64,000 bases of DNA from a bacterium (lineage in GTDB: Bacteria; UBA10199; JAIBAG01): positions 6,339 through 70,338 of the forward strand of contig JAIBAG010000013.1 in NCBI GenBank assembly GCA_019695305.1, in the 5' to 3' direction. Below, piece after piece: positions 17,290-25,794 of this stretch. The notes below the pieces were generated by a model. That model ran no database searches. It was not told the DNA's origin and worked only from the letters and a program-made list of their open reading frames with translations. A program made the translations under genes and the position numbers. Within the stretch, counting starts at the first letter, position 1. Every line of letters begins with the position of its first letter.

Positions 17290-17853
17290 ATGAACGAAGC
17301 ACCCAAACTTATTTCTGTCCATGGTGGTTATCGCAACTTGCGGAGCTTTCAGTGTGCCCAATTGGTTTACGATAATACGGTAATTTTTTGTAACCGTTTG
17401 GTAAGTAAGTATTCGCGTACTCACGATCAAATGGTGCAAGCCGCGCGGAGTGGGGTGCAGAATATTGCCGAAGCCAGTATGGCTTCGGGAATTTCTAAAA
17501 AAACGGAATTAAAATTAACCGGTGTGGCCCGCGCCAGCCTAGAAGAACTCTTGCTCGATTACGAAGATTTTTTAAGACAAAATAGTTTGCGCTTGTGGGG
17601 TAAGAACGAAGAAAAAACTCTTCAAGTCCGAAAGTTTTTGTCCGACCTGTCAGACCCGTCGGACAAGTCTGACTTGTCTGACAAGATTTTGAAGAAAACT
17701 CCGGAAGTGGCAGCCAATATTTTAATTTGTTTAACTCACCAAAGTATTTACCTGTTAAGGCAACAGCTCAAACATTTAGAACTCAAATTTCTTAAAGAAG
17801 GAGGTTTTACCGAAAAACTGTATCAGGTACGTTCTCGGGCGCGGCATTTTTAG
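17290..17853 (+). CDS. Four-helix-bundle protein (TIGR02436 / 23S-rRNA-IVS / Avd-like family) with a C-terminal extension and an LSDLSDPSDKSDLSDK repeat insertion
   Basis: The DQMVQAARSGVQNIAEAS...GVARASLEELLLDYEDFL pattern matches the four-helix-bundle family. The repeat insertion is encoded by the 9-mer array. Confidence 0.5.
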   Translation: MNEAPKLISVHGGYRNLRSFQCAQLVYDNTVIFCNRLVSKYSRTHDQMVQAARSGVQNIAEASMASGISKKTELKLTGVARASLEELLLDYEDFLRQNSLRLWGKNEEKTLQVRKFLSDLSDPSDKSDLSDKILKKTPEVAANILICLTHQSIYLLRQQLKHLELKFLKEGGFTEKLYQVRSRARHF

Positions 17854-18398
17854 CGCCACTTAATAGAACAGCCCATGGAAGGTTTTTGATTGCTAGTGAT
17901 AGCTTTGCCCTCTTTTAACGCCAGCATCGCATTGCGCAGTTCTTGCACTTGCACTTTTTCGGGTTCTTTCCAGTTGTCATCCAAACGGCCGTGGTAAACG
18001 AGTTTTCCGGTAGGGTCCAGCAAATACAAATCGGGTGTGCATTGGGCTTTGTAACTTTGCGCTACCTGTTGGCTTTCATCTATTAAGTACGGAAATTTTA
18101 TTCCCCATTCTTTAATTTTGATTTTCATTTTATCGGGAGCATCATCGGGATAGTTGGGGTGGATATTGGGATTGATGCCCACGGTGTTAATGCCCCAGGT
18201 TTTGGCTTCATCCGCAAGCTTAATCAAACGAGGCCAAATAGCGATAGCGTAGGGGCAGTGGTTACAAGTGAAAGCAACCAGCAAGCCTTTGGGGCCATTT
18301 ATGCTAGCACTATTATAGAGAGCACCATCGGGTGAGGGCAGGTTAAATGCCGGCATGGTTGTGCCTAAGGGGATGTCTAATGATTCAACTAAAGCCAT
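17850..18398 (-). CDS. Thioredoxin-fold thiol-disulfide oxidoreductase (AhpC/TSA-like family)
   Basis: 182 aa. It has the CNHC redox motif in a thioredoxin-like context (LLVAFTCNHCPYA). Confidence 0.7.
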   Translation of the reverse strand: MALVESLDIPLGTTMPAFNLPSPDGALYNSASINGPKGLLVAFTCNHCPYAIAIWPRLIKLADEAKTWGINTVGINPNIHPNYPDDAPDKMKIKIKEWGIKFPYLIDESQQVAQSYKAQCTPDLYLLDPTGKLVYHGRLDDNWKEPEKVQVQELRNAMLALKEGKAITSNQKPSMGCSIKWR

Positions 18399-18510
18399 AA
18401 AAACCTCTTTTTTATTTTTTTTAAAAAAAGTCTTGCAATGTGAACTGAGCCTGCTTCATAAAAAGTAAATCACGGAAGAATTACTTAACATAACGAAAGG
18501 AAAAAACAAT

Positions 18511-19587
18511 ATGCAAGCCATCGACAATAACAATACCGATAAAAACAAAGCCATCTCTCTGGCTGTTTCTACCATTGAAAAACAGTTTGGCAAAGGTTCT
18601 ATCATGCGTTTAGGAGAAGGGGAGATCACAAAAAACTCTCAGATTGATACCATTCCCACCGGCTCTTTAGGTTTAGATATTGCTTTAGGAGTGGGTGGTT
18701 TACCCCGTGGTCGTATTATTGAAATTTACGGGCCAGAATCGTCCGGTAAAACAACATTAACATTACATGTGGTGGCTGAGGCTCAAAAGAAGGGTGGTAT
18801 TTGCGCCTTTGTGGATGCCGAACATGCTTTAGATGTTAACTATGCCCGCAAGCTGGGTGTTAAAACCGAAGATTTACTGATCAGCCAGCCCGATAATGGC
18901 GAACAAGCTTTAGAAATTGCCGAAACTTTGGTGCGTTCCAATGCGGTGGATGTGGTGGTGGTGGATTCTGTTGCCGCTTTGGTGCCCAAAGCCGAAATTG
19001 AAGGTGAAATGGGCGATGCGCAAATGGGTGCTCAAGCACGTCTCATGAGTCAGGCTCTTCGTAAGCTGACTGCTACGGTCAGTCGTTCGCAAACCATGCT
19101 TATTTTCATTAACCAAATTCGTATGAAAATTGGTGTGATGTTTGGTAACCCCGAAACAACTACGGGAGGCAATGCGCTTAAATTTTATTCTAGCGTGCGC
19201 ATGGATATACGTCGTATTGGAGCCATTAAAAACGGTGACGATGTTATTGGTAACCGTACCCGCGTTAAGATTGTTAAAAACAAGGTAGCCCCTCCTTTCC
19301 GTGAGGTTGAATTTGATATGATTTACGGTGAAGGAATCAGTAAAGAGGCCGATCTCATTGATTTAGCTGTAAAAAATGAAATCATCGAGAAAAGTGGTTC
19401 GTGGTTTTCGTATGGGCCCGAACGGATTGGGCAGGGTACTGAGAATGTAAAAGAGTACTTGAAGACTCATCCCGAAGTAGTGAAAAAGATTGAGTTTCAA
19501 ATTAAACAAAAAGCTGGGCTTTTGCCTGTGGAAGAGGTAAAAACTTCGGCTGAGGCTAAGGCTAAAAAAGAAGCCAAAGCCTCATAA
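18511..19587 (+). CDS. recA: Recombinase A
   Basis: Canonical RecA features: GPESSGKTT Walker [10 protein letters not shown], and the L2 loop [26 protein letters not shown]. Confidence 0.97.
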   Translation: MQAIDNNNTDKNKAISLAVSTIEKQFGKGSIMRLGEGEITKNSQIDTIPTGSLGLDIALGVGGLPRGRIIEIYGPESSGKTTLTLHVVAEAQKKGGICAFVDAEHALDVNYARKLGVKTEDLLISQPDNGEQALEIAETLVRSNAVDVVVVDSVAALVPKAEIEGEMGDAQMGAQARLMSQALRKLTATVSRSQTMLIFINQIRMKIGVMFGNPETTTGGNALKFYSSVRMDIRRIGAIKNGDDVIGNRTRVKIVKNKVAPPFREVEFDMIYGEGISKEADLIDLAVKNEIIEKSGSWFSYGPERIGQGTENVKEYLKTHPEVVKKIEFQIKQKAGLLPVEEVKTSAEAKAKKEAKAS

Positions 19588-19656
19588 GTTTGGCACCCAT
19601 GGATTGTCCCGCTTCTTGTAGGGGTCGACTTTGGTGTCGCCCCTACGAGAGGTCTC

Positions 19657-21066
19657 ATGCAAAATACCGCCGTTAAGCAGTCGTCATCTCCCATTGTTTC
19701 ACTCATTCAAAGCCAGCGCGATTTTTTTAGAACAGGTAAAAGCAAAGAGTATGCTTTTCGCGTTGAACAGCTTAAAAAGTTAAAAGAGCTTGTTGAAAAA
19801 CATGAGCTCGATTTTGAAGCTGCTTTAAAAAGTGATTTGGGTCGTTGCCCGGCCGAAGCGTATTTGGGTGAAACCATCATCATCTCCAAGGAAATTAAAC
19901 ACACCTTAAAATGTCTAAAAGGCTGGATGAAGCCCCAAAAGGTTTCTACCGATTTTCCACTTTTACCTGGTACCAGTAAAATTCATCCCGAACCTTACGG
20001 CGTGGCTCTTATTATAGCTCCTTGGAATTATCCTTTGCAGTTAGCTTTAGGGCCTGCTGTCGCTTCCATCGCTGCCGGTAACTGCAATATTATTAAACCG
20101 TCTGAGTTGGCTCCGGCAACATCGGCATTACTGGCTCGTTTAGTGAATAATAATTTCCCTTCCGAATTTTTAGCAGTGGTAGAAGGCGGCGTGCCCGAAA
20201 CAACCGAATTATTAAATGAAAAATTCGACACCATTTTTTACACGGGTTCTTCGCAAGTGGGCCGTATTGTAATGGCTGCAGCTGCTAAACACTTAACACC
20301 TGTTACTCTTGAACTAGGTGGCAAGAGTCCGTGTATTGTAGATGAAGAAATTCATTTGGATTTTGCCCTAAACCGTATTGTGTGGGGCAAATTTTTAAAT
20401 GCGGGTCAAACTTGTGTGGCTCCCGATTATCTTTTGATCAACGAAAAGATTAAAGACAAATTTATTGATGCGCTTCGTAAAAAGATTGAAAGTTTTTATG
20501 GAAAAGATGTAAAAGCTAGCCCTGATTTTGCCCGTATTATCAATAAGCGTCATTTTGACCGTATCCTTAAATTATTGGACGGTGAGAAAGTAGTGATTGG
20601 TGGTAAGTCTGACGTTAATAACCTTTTTATCGAACCAACTATCGTCGAATTGAAAAACGCCGAAACCCCTCTCATGCAGGAAGAAATTTTTGGACCGGTT
20701 CTTCCATTTACCACTTACAAAAATTTGGACGAAGCCATTAACTTTATTAATGATCGTTCCAAACCCTTAGCCTTGTATCTCTTTACAACCAATAAGAGTG
20801 TGCAGGAAAAAGTAATTAAAGAAACCAGTGCGGGTGGCATGGCTATTAACGACACGGTGGTGCATTTAGCGATCAGTGAATTACCGTTTGGTGGAGTAGG
20901 GGATAGCGGGATGGGTTCGTATCATGGCAAACCTGGCTTTGATGCTTTTAGTCATTTCAAAAGTATTTTAGCCCGTCCGTTCTGGGGCGAAAACGCCATG
21001 CGTTATCCGCCGTATGCCAAAAACTTTGGGTTGGTGCGAAAGTTGTATAATTTTTTATATCGTTAA
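19657..21066 (+). CDS. NAD(P)-dependent aldehyde dehydrogenase (ALDH3-like / fatty or coniferyl aldehyde dehydrogenase family)
   Basis: 469 aa. It has the catalytic ELGGKSP...CVAPDY architecture and FGGVG.SGMG.YHG. Confidence 0.85.
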   Translation: MQNTAVKQSSSPIVSLIQSQRDFFRTGKSKEYAFRVEQLKKLKELVEKHELDFEAALKSDLGRCPAEAYLGETIIISKEIKHTLKCLKGWMKPQKVSTDFPLLPGTSKIHPEPYGVALIIAPWNYPLQLALGPAVASIAAGNCNIIKPSELAPATSALLARLVNNNFPSEFLAVVEGGVPETTELLNEKFDTIFYTGSSQVGRIVMAAAAKHLTPVTLELGGKSPCIVDEEIHLDFALNRIVWGKFLNAGQTCVAPDYLLINEKIKDKFIDALRKKIESFYGKDVKASPDFARIINKRHFDRILKLLDGEKVVIGGKSDVNNLFIEPTIVELKNAETPLMQEEIFGPVLPFTTYKNLDEAINFINDRSKPLALYLFTTNKSVQEKVIKETSAGGMAINDTVVHLAISELPFGGVGDSGMGSYHGKPGFDAFSHFKSILARPFWGENAMRYPPYAKNFGLVRKLYNFLYR

Positions 21067-21605
21067 ATCTTACTGACGAGCGATTTAAAATAGCCGGGGT
21101 TTGAATTTTTAATCGTCACCACTTCGGTAGGTTCGTTATCTTCATCGTGTTCTTCTTCGCCGTTTTGAGACTGATGAGAGTTTTTTTCCTGTTTTTCTTC
21201 TTCAAGCGCTAAAAAAACATATTCTTCTAACTTATCTTTTGTGATCATGGGATTACCTCCATAATGAGTTGTTGCCTGTACTTCATTTAAAATGGTCAAA
21301 AGTTGATCCTGCTTTTTTATCAAATCTTCATGATGACCGTCGTTTACCAGTTTGTCGTAAGTTTTTGCTTTATCAGCTTCGCGAATAACAGTGCTTTGCA
21401 AGGCATCACCAAAATAGGGTGTTTCTTTTTTAACAGGCGTTTCCGGTGCAGCCTCGCTTGCAAAATTTTGAGTTCCATGCCCATCGCCCATTTCAAGAGT
21501 AGGCTCTATATCGCTGGTTGGAGCCATGGCTTCTATCATGGTTTTTTTAGCGTCGTTGATTGTTTCCAGCATTTTAATTACTGGGCCCAGATTACTCATA
21601 AACAC
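21063..21605 (-). CDS. Hypothetical acidic protein
   Basis: 180-aa ORF. Its 4-nt overlap with the ALDH stop is convergent. No family recognised. Confidence 0.35.
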   Translation of the reverse strand: MFMSNLGPVIKMLETINDAKKTMIEAMAPTSDIEPTLEMGDGHGTQNFASEAAPETPVKKETPYFGDALQSTVIREADKAKTYDKLVNDGHHEDLIKKQDQLLTILNEVQATTHYGGNPMITKDKLEEYVFLALEEEKQEKNSHQSQNGEEEHDEDNEPTEVVTIKNSNPGYFKSLVSKI

Positions 21606-21741
21606 GTCCTTCAGGTTATAATTAAAGCAAGATTAATACCAAAAGGCACAATATTAACTATATGATATTATTGTATATTTTAAATTTAGAACTTGAAAAA
21701 TAAAGAGATTTTGGTGTGTGGATACCCAAGGCTGGGGAGTA

Positions 21742-24700
21742 TTATAGCTTAAGTCCGCAGCCCGATCCTGTAAAGCGGCTACTTTGTTCTGGCGAAGTAT
21801 CTCGTGCAGCCTCTGCCTCTTCTTTAACGGGGGTGCTGGAGCCTCCTGCTGGTGGTGCAGGAGGAGGAAGTATTAAAGGCTCCGGTGCTACTGCTCCTTC
21901 CATAAACTTGACCTGGCTTACATAAAAACGCCATTCGCGTTCATCATAGCGCATGAGTTCGGCAACAATTTGGTTATTACCTTTCTTTAAATTCACCTCT
22001 ACTTTTAATTCATCCTTCATGAGTCCTTTACTATTTGGATCGTATGCCCATAATTTCCCATTTACATATAATCTCATCCAGCTTGTGGCCCCCAGCGAAA
22101 ATGTTCCCACGCCATCGGCGTCGGCATATACATTAGCAACAGCATATACAACATCGCCCATACTGGTTTTATTTTGTGTTCCCAAGCTTACAACAGGGTA
22201 ACCTTCTGTGGGTATGCTTAAGGTTTGTAAATTTCCAAGGCTAGCAACATCATTCCCATTTTTTGTAAAGGGAGTTTTAATTTGGTTAAGGGGGTAAAAA
22301 TCTGGATTTTCAAACCTGCCCGATATTTTCCAGTTGCGGATACCCCCCAGCATCATCGGTTTATTTTGCTCATCAAGGTATTCGTCTTCTGTTGCTGGAT
22401 AAATAACCAGGCCTGCTACATTCCATTCGGCCATTGCGAGAGTTAATCCATCGTCTTCGGTACTTACATGTGCAACAAAAGTATCAGCATTGTAATCACC
22501 AGCTCTGCCGGCGGTATGGAGCAACATGGCTTTATTGTTAGCCCAGACCATGCTCGAGGCCCTGTAAGCATTGGTTGCATTCGAATTGTTGGTACGGATC
22601 ATTTTTACCTTGTAATATCCTGGTGAAAAACCAAATTTTAATTTGTAACGAGCTAGCGAACACAAGGTACGGTTAAAAGGGCTTTCTAACAAAATAGGAG
22701 TGCCCAGTAAAAATTCTCCGGCGTTTAAGGTGGCTGTGCATTCGGTAGTAGAAATAAGGTCACCATTAGCAGGATGAAGTTGATAAAGCGTTTCTTCGTA
22801 AGTAGGTAGGGAGTCGTCATCAAAAGGAAGCCAGCCGTAGCGAATACCTTCCGGATAAGTTCTGTAAGTGCCCGACTCGTAGGTGTAGTTTGGCATAAGC
22901 CCGTCCCATCCCGATTTCAGTAAAGCGCTTCCCGGAATGGTGTCTGTGTCATCGTTTTTGTTAAAATCAAGAGCCAATATGGAGCCGTTGTTTTCTTGGT
23001 AATCGTCAATAAGTGTTTCGGCAAAGTTTATATCGAGTTCGCCTATTTGGCTATTAAGAGCATTGGTTAAAGTAGTCGAATCTGATATGGAAAGTTCCTC
23101 CCATTCGGGGGTATTTGCGTTGTCGATTTTATCTTCTTTTCCCTGGGCGTGCAGTATTTTACGGGCCAGGCGCTCCTGCATGAGTATGCTATTTATGTTG
23201 TTAACCGAAGCTGCGTTGCCGCAAACAAGGATGCCTTCTACTTTTATTTGGGGAATTGTTACCGTACACTCATTATTGTTAGTAGCCTGATTTCTAAGTG
23301 TGGTACGTGTTCCGGTTGCCGGGTCAAACCAGTAGGCTATATCTGCTCTTATCCCTTGAGGCATGTTTAAGGTAAGAGTTTGGTTATTAACCGGTGTTAT
23401 GCTGGCTTGTCTTACTTTTGTAAAATCCATTTCGGTGCACAGTTTCCCGTACGGCCATGAATCTACCATATCAGGAGGAATAGTATAAATGGTGTTAGGA
23501 TCATTGTCGGTGTCCCAAGCGGGTCTACCATAAAGATTAACCCATGTCTGGCACCCGTTGTCATACTTTTCACATGTATAATCTAGTCCGGTTGTGCCAT
23601 TTTTATAAGTAACGGTCTTGCTTAACCAGTTGGTACAACTCGTTTCAAAATGATCTTGTACCTGATAATTTAAGAAGCTTGCCGAAAGAAAGTTGTTTTG
23701 GTTTTTTTCATGTATCCAGGTGTTAATCCAAAGAGTGTCGGGAATGCTGCCAGGAGTAGATTTAACAATGGGGTTAGCAACGTTTTGTAAAAGGATGTCT
23801 CTTACTGCTTCAGATTCTGTTTTTGAATATGAGAAAAACCCGCCTCTGTATCCGCTAAAGTTAGCACCGCCCAAAACCTGTATTAACTTTTGGCTTGTTA
23901 TATAATTATATAATGTTCCACCGCTTGTTGTAGGGTCGTTTCTGGTTTTATTGTAGGCATCTTTTGTGCCCAAACTGGCGGTGTAAAAAACTTTGCCCCC
24001 ATTATCCATATAATTTTTAAGTAGAATAATTTGTTCGTCGGTAAGGTTAGTGCCAGCAGGAATGACCAGGGCCTTATATTTTAAAAGGTCATTAGTGTTT
24101 AGTTTTTGCATCGGAAATTCAGGATGCCCAAAAAAAACAACTTCGTATTGCAAATGAGCAATTTCAAGAGCGCGTGAAAACCCAAACAAATTGTAATAGT
24201 TTGGAGACGTGAACATGTCGGTTTGGTAATAGGTTTGGTTTAAGAAAGTGGGTAGCGAATAAACAAAGCCAACTTCGGCAAATTTGTTGCGATACGGTTT
24301 TTCAAAGAGGGCTGGGTTTTTATAGCGGAACTCGGCAATTTTATGCATGAGTTCATAAATATCGGTGCGCACCGGAGGCATTTCGTCATTTTTGAGGTTG
24401 AACATGAAAGCGGCACCATTGCTGGTAGCAATAGCCTCGGCAAATTCAAAGATTTCGGGAGGCGCATTTAATCCCTGAAAAAAATTAGTTTGAGCGCGTC
24501 GGCCGAGTGCCATCACTGGTTTATTTTGTCCATCAAGTTTAGACAAAGCTTCAGCCATTTTAAATTTGAGTGTTTCAAAAGTGTTGGAGGTATAGGATAA
24601 AGTTTTTTGCTTGTTTACATTACCGGTGATATCGTGACTGTCATTTTTCTCTATCCAAATGGCATCAGCAACACTTCCCAACATGAGGGTGTAGGGGAAA

Positions 24701-25638
24701 TATAAATTGCCATAATTGCCATACATAAGATACCCACGCCCCAAAGATTTAGCCATAATGCGCGAATCGGCCAGATAGGTTTCAAAATTATGAAGATGAG
24801 AAAGATGGTTGAATAGGTTAAAGCTATTCATCACAGCATCTTCGTTTATTAAAGTTGTTCCATCAAACTTATGCCCTTGTGCAATTAATTGAGAGAGAGA
24901 AGTGTTTTGAGCAATATATTCGCGGATACCCTGGCAAGCACTTGTAGTATCAACCGTATCGCTTTTCATTTTAGAATATTCACAAAATTTAAAACTACTG
25001 TAAGGATCGTAGCGGCCGTCTACTGTTGGGCCATCGTCTATAATAGATCCTCCAATATTATCGTGTTGTATTCCAAATGAACTGGGAATGAGCGCGGAAG
25101 AATTAAAATCAAAACCGGTAATGTTAGACCACATAGGGATTAAGGCATTGGCATAATAACTATATGTGCCTGAGATCAATATTGGATTTCCAAGGTAGTC
25201 AATGGCCACTCCGTTTTGTAAAAGTTCGTGGTCCGGGTTTAAGGGTATAGTATGAATAGTGCTGTTATATTCGTTACCGCCTTCAACGGTACTATACATT
25301 CCATGATTTTGAGCCCAGTTGTAGTTGTTGCCATTGGCACATCGATCGCAATGGTCGATGAATAAATAATTTTGTCCCAACCAACCGTTTTCGCCATCGG
25401 CTTTAAACGTGGCATTGATGATGTGCTCTGCCCATGTGGGGTATCCAGCTTTACTTTGTTTGCGTATGAAATCGAGTTCGTTGCTGTAATCAGGTGACTT
25501 ATATTCAACCGATCCAGATACAGGGATATTTTGTAGCTCAAGCTCGGGTGTGGTGTGGGCACTTAAAATAGGGAATAAAACTACCCAAAAACCTAATAAA
25601 ATTGACCATTTTAAGCATTTTTGAATCACGTCATTCAT
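21742..25638 (-). CDS. Very large secreted protein (~1298 aa from MNDVIQ...) of unknown function. It has a proline-rich C-terminus. It is possibly carbohydrate-active (tentative).
   Basis: A signal-peptide-like segment (KWSILLGFWVVLFPILSAHT) follows the internal Met at 25636-25638. It is a single uninterrupted 3.9-kb ORF. The C-terminus reads ...PLILPPPAPPAGGSSTPVKEE. Confidence 0.55.
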   Translation of the reverse strand: MNDVIQKCLKWSILLGFWVVLFPILSAHTTPELELQNIPVSGSVEYKSPDYSNELDFIRKQSKAGYPTWAEHIINATFKADGENGWLGQNYLFIDHCDRCANGNNYNWAQNHGMYSTVEGGNEYNSTIHTIPLNPDHELLQNGVAIDYLGNPILISGTYSYYANALIPMWSNITGFDFNSSALIPSSFGIQHDNIGGSIIDDGPTVDGRYDPYSSFKFCEYSKMKSDTVDTTSACQGIREYIAQNTSLSQLIAQGHKFDGTTLINEDAVMNSFNLFNHLSHLHNFETYLADSRIMAKSLGRGYLMYGNYGNLYFPYTLMLGSVADAIWIEKNDSHDITGNVNKQKTLSYTSNTFETLKFKMAEALSKLDGQNKPVMALGRRAQTNFFQGLNAPPEIFEFAEAIATSNGAAFMFNLKNDEMPPVRTDIYELMHKIAEFRYKNPALFEKPYRNKFAEVGFVYSLPTFLNQTYYQTDMFTSPNYYNLFGFSRALEIAHLQYEVVFFGHPEFPMQKLNTNDLLKYKALVIPAGTNLTDEQIILLKNYMDNGGKVFYTASLGTKDAYNKTRNDPTTSGGTLYNYITSQKLIQVLGGANFSGYRGGFFSYSKTESEAVRDILLQNVANPIVKSTPGSIPDTLWINTWIHEKNQNNFLSASFLNYQVQDHFETSCTNWLSKTVTYKNGTTGLDYTCEKYDNGCQTWVNLYGRPAWDTDNDPNTIYTIPPDMVDSWPYGKLCTEMDFTKVRQASITPVNNQTLTLNMPQGIRADIAYWFDPATGTRTTLRNQATNNNECTVTIPQIKVEGILVCGNAASVNNINSILMQERLARKILHAQGKEDKIDNANTPEWEELSISDSTTLTNALNSQIGELDINFAETLIDDYQENNGSILALDFNKNDDTDTIPGSALLKSGWDGLMPNYTYESGTYRTYPEGIRYGWLPFDDDSLPTYEETLYQLHPANGDLISTTECTATLNAGEFLLGTPILLESPFNRTLCSLARYKLKFGFSPGYYKVKMIRTNNSNATNAYRASSMVWANNKAMLLHTAGRAGDYNADTFVAHVSTEDDGLTLAMAEWNVAGLVIYPATEDEYLDEQNKPMMLGGIRNWKISGRFENPDFYPLNQIKTPFTKNGNDVASLGNLQTLSIPTEGYPVVSLGTQNKTSMGDVVYAVANVYADADGVGTFSLGATSWMRLYVNGKLWAYDPNSKGLMKDELKVEVNLKKGNNQIVAELMRYDEREWRFYVSQVKFMEGAVAPEPLILPPPAPPAGGSSTPVKEEAEAARDTSPEQSSRFTGSGCGLKL

Positions 25639-25794
25639 ATTGTGCAAAATAGGGGCCAAAAAAGCCAACGGGTCTAAAAAATAAGGATATGATTTTATTA
25701 GCTATTTTTATAAAAAAAGAGAGTTTGTAAAAAATGGATTGTCAAAAAGATAACGCTTTTCAGATTGAGAAAAAACTTATAAAACCAGCCCCCT

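Noticed and set aside
17290-17853. Diversity-generating retroelement centred on the Avd-like four-helix-bundle gene
   Set aside because: No reverse-transcriptase ORF and no template/variable repeat pair is visible anywhere in the window.
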